DNA of 64,000 nucleotides from an uncultured Candidatus Saccharibacteria bacterium (GTDB lineage: Bacteria; Patescibacteriota; Doudnabacteria; UBA920; O2-02-FULL-48-8): the NCBI GenBank assembly GCA_964605735.1, contig CAZSDS010000001.1, forward strand, positions 406,559-470,558, read 5' to 3'. Positions 63,972-64,000 of the stretch are shown piece after piece. A program made the translations under genes and the position numbers. The notes beneath the pieces are model-generated. The model saw only the letters and a program-made list of their open reading frames with translations. It made no database searches and was not told the DNA's origin. Position 1 is the stretch's first letter. The number at the start of each line of letters is the position of its first letter.

Positions 63972-64000
63972 TAGACGTTATAATCGGCTATTGAAAAGTG

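Noticed and set aside
1-64000. CRISPR array
   Set aside because: No series of regularly spaced direct repeats found. The only tandem repeats are in-frame, protein-coding proline-rich repeats (39700-39900).

Overview
The window is a 64 kb chromosomal segment from a bacterium with ~45-50% GC core genes. It has compact, operon-dense gene organisation, many small secreted or membrane proteins, and HNH and GIY-YIG nucleases beside tRNAs. It may be an uncultivated or reduced-genome lineage such as Patescibacteria, but that cannot be confirmed from sequence alone.

Housekeeping genes recognised with confidence include rpsO-pnp, xerC/D-like recombinase, ddl, argS, a DEAD-box helicase, two ABC systems plus an ABC-F ATPase, folE, rsmA, uvrD/pcrA, recO, ileS, smpB, clpC and two tRNAs (His-GTG, Arg-TCT). 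There is also a VKOR/DsbA/DoxX disulfide-formation cluster with a MarR regulator.

The most striking feature is a ~7.4 kb, markedly AT-rich (~35% GC) block at 2683-10005, all on the minus strand. It is wedged between small membrane genes and the pnp terminator and has terminator hairpins at both ends. It contains four groups of genes:
- a translationally coupled KTSC-domain protein and class-1 OLD-family (ABC-ATPase + TOPRIM) nuclease;
- a secreted Excalibur-domain ORF broken by an in-frame TAG, followed by a small 2-TM protein;
- a MazG-like NTP pyrophosphohydrolase followed by a GIY-YIG/DUF2075 P-loop ATPase, with its own TTGACA promoter;
- a cytoplasmic NodB-deacetylase-domain protein, a membrane DUF2726 nuclease-fold protein and a ParB-like nuclease-domain protein.

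This looks like a horizontally acquired defense island with at least two candidate multi-gene systems that I cannot match to a named system.

Other notable points:
- ileS carries a ~180-aa histidine-phosphatase (PGM-like, RHGE motif) domain inserted between the halves of its zinc knuckle, and sits behind a ~330 nt structured leader with a consensus promoter.
- A 106-bp near-identical noncoding repeat occurs twice (59619-59724, 63766-63871) in hairpin-rich context.
- An identical 34-nt terminator module flanks a GC-rich hypothetical gene at 50586-51596.
- There are several slightly GC-rich (52-55%) orphan gene islets.
- An HNH endonuclease lies between two tRNAs.
- Several near-consensus sigma70 promoters are listed as features.
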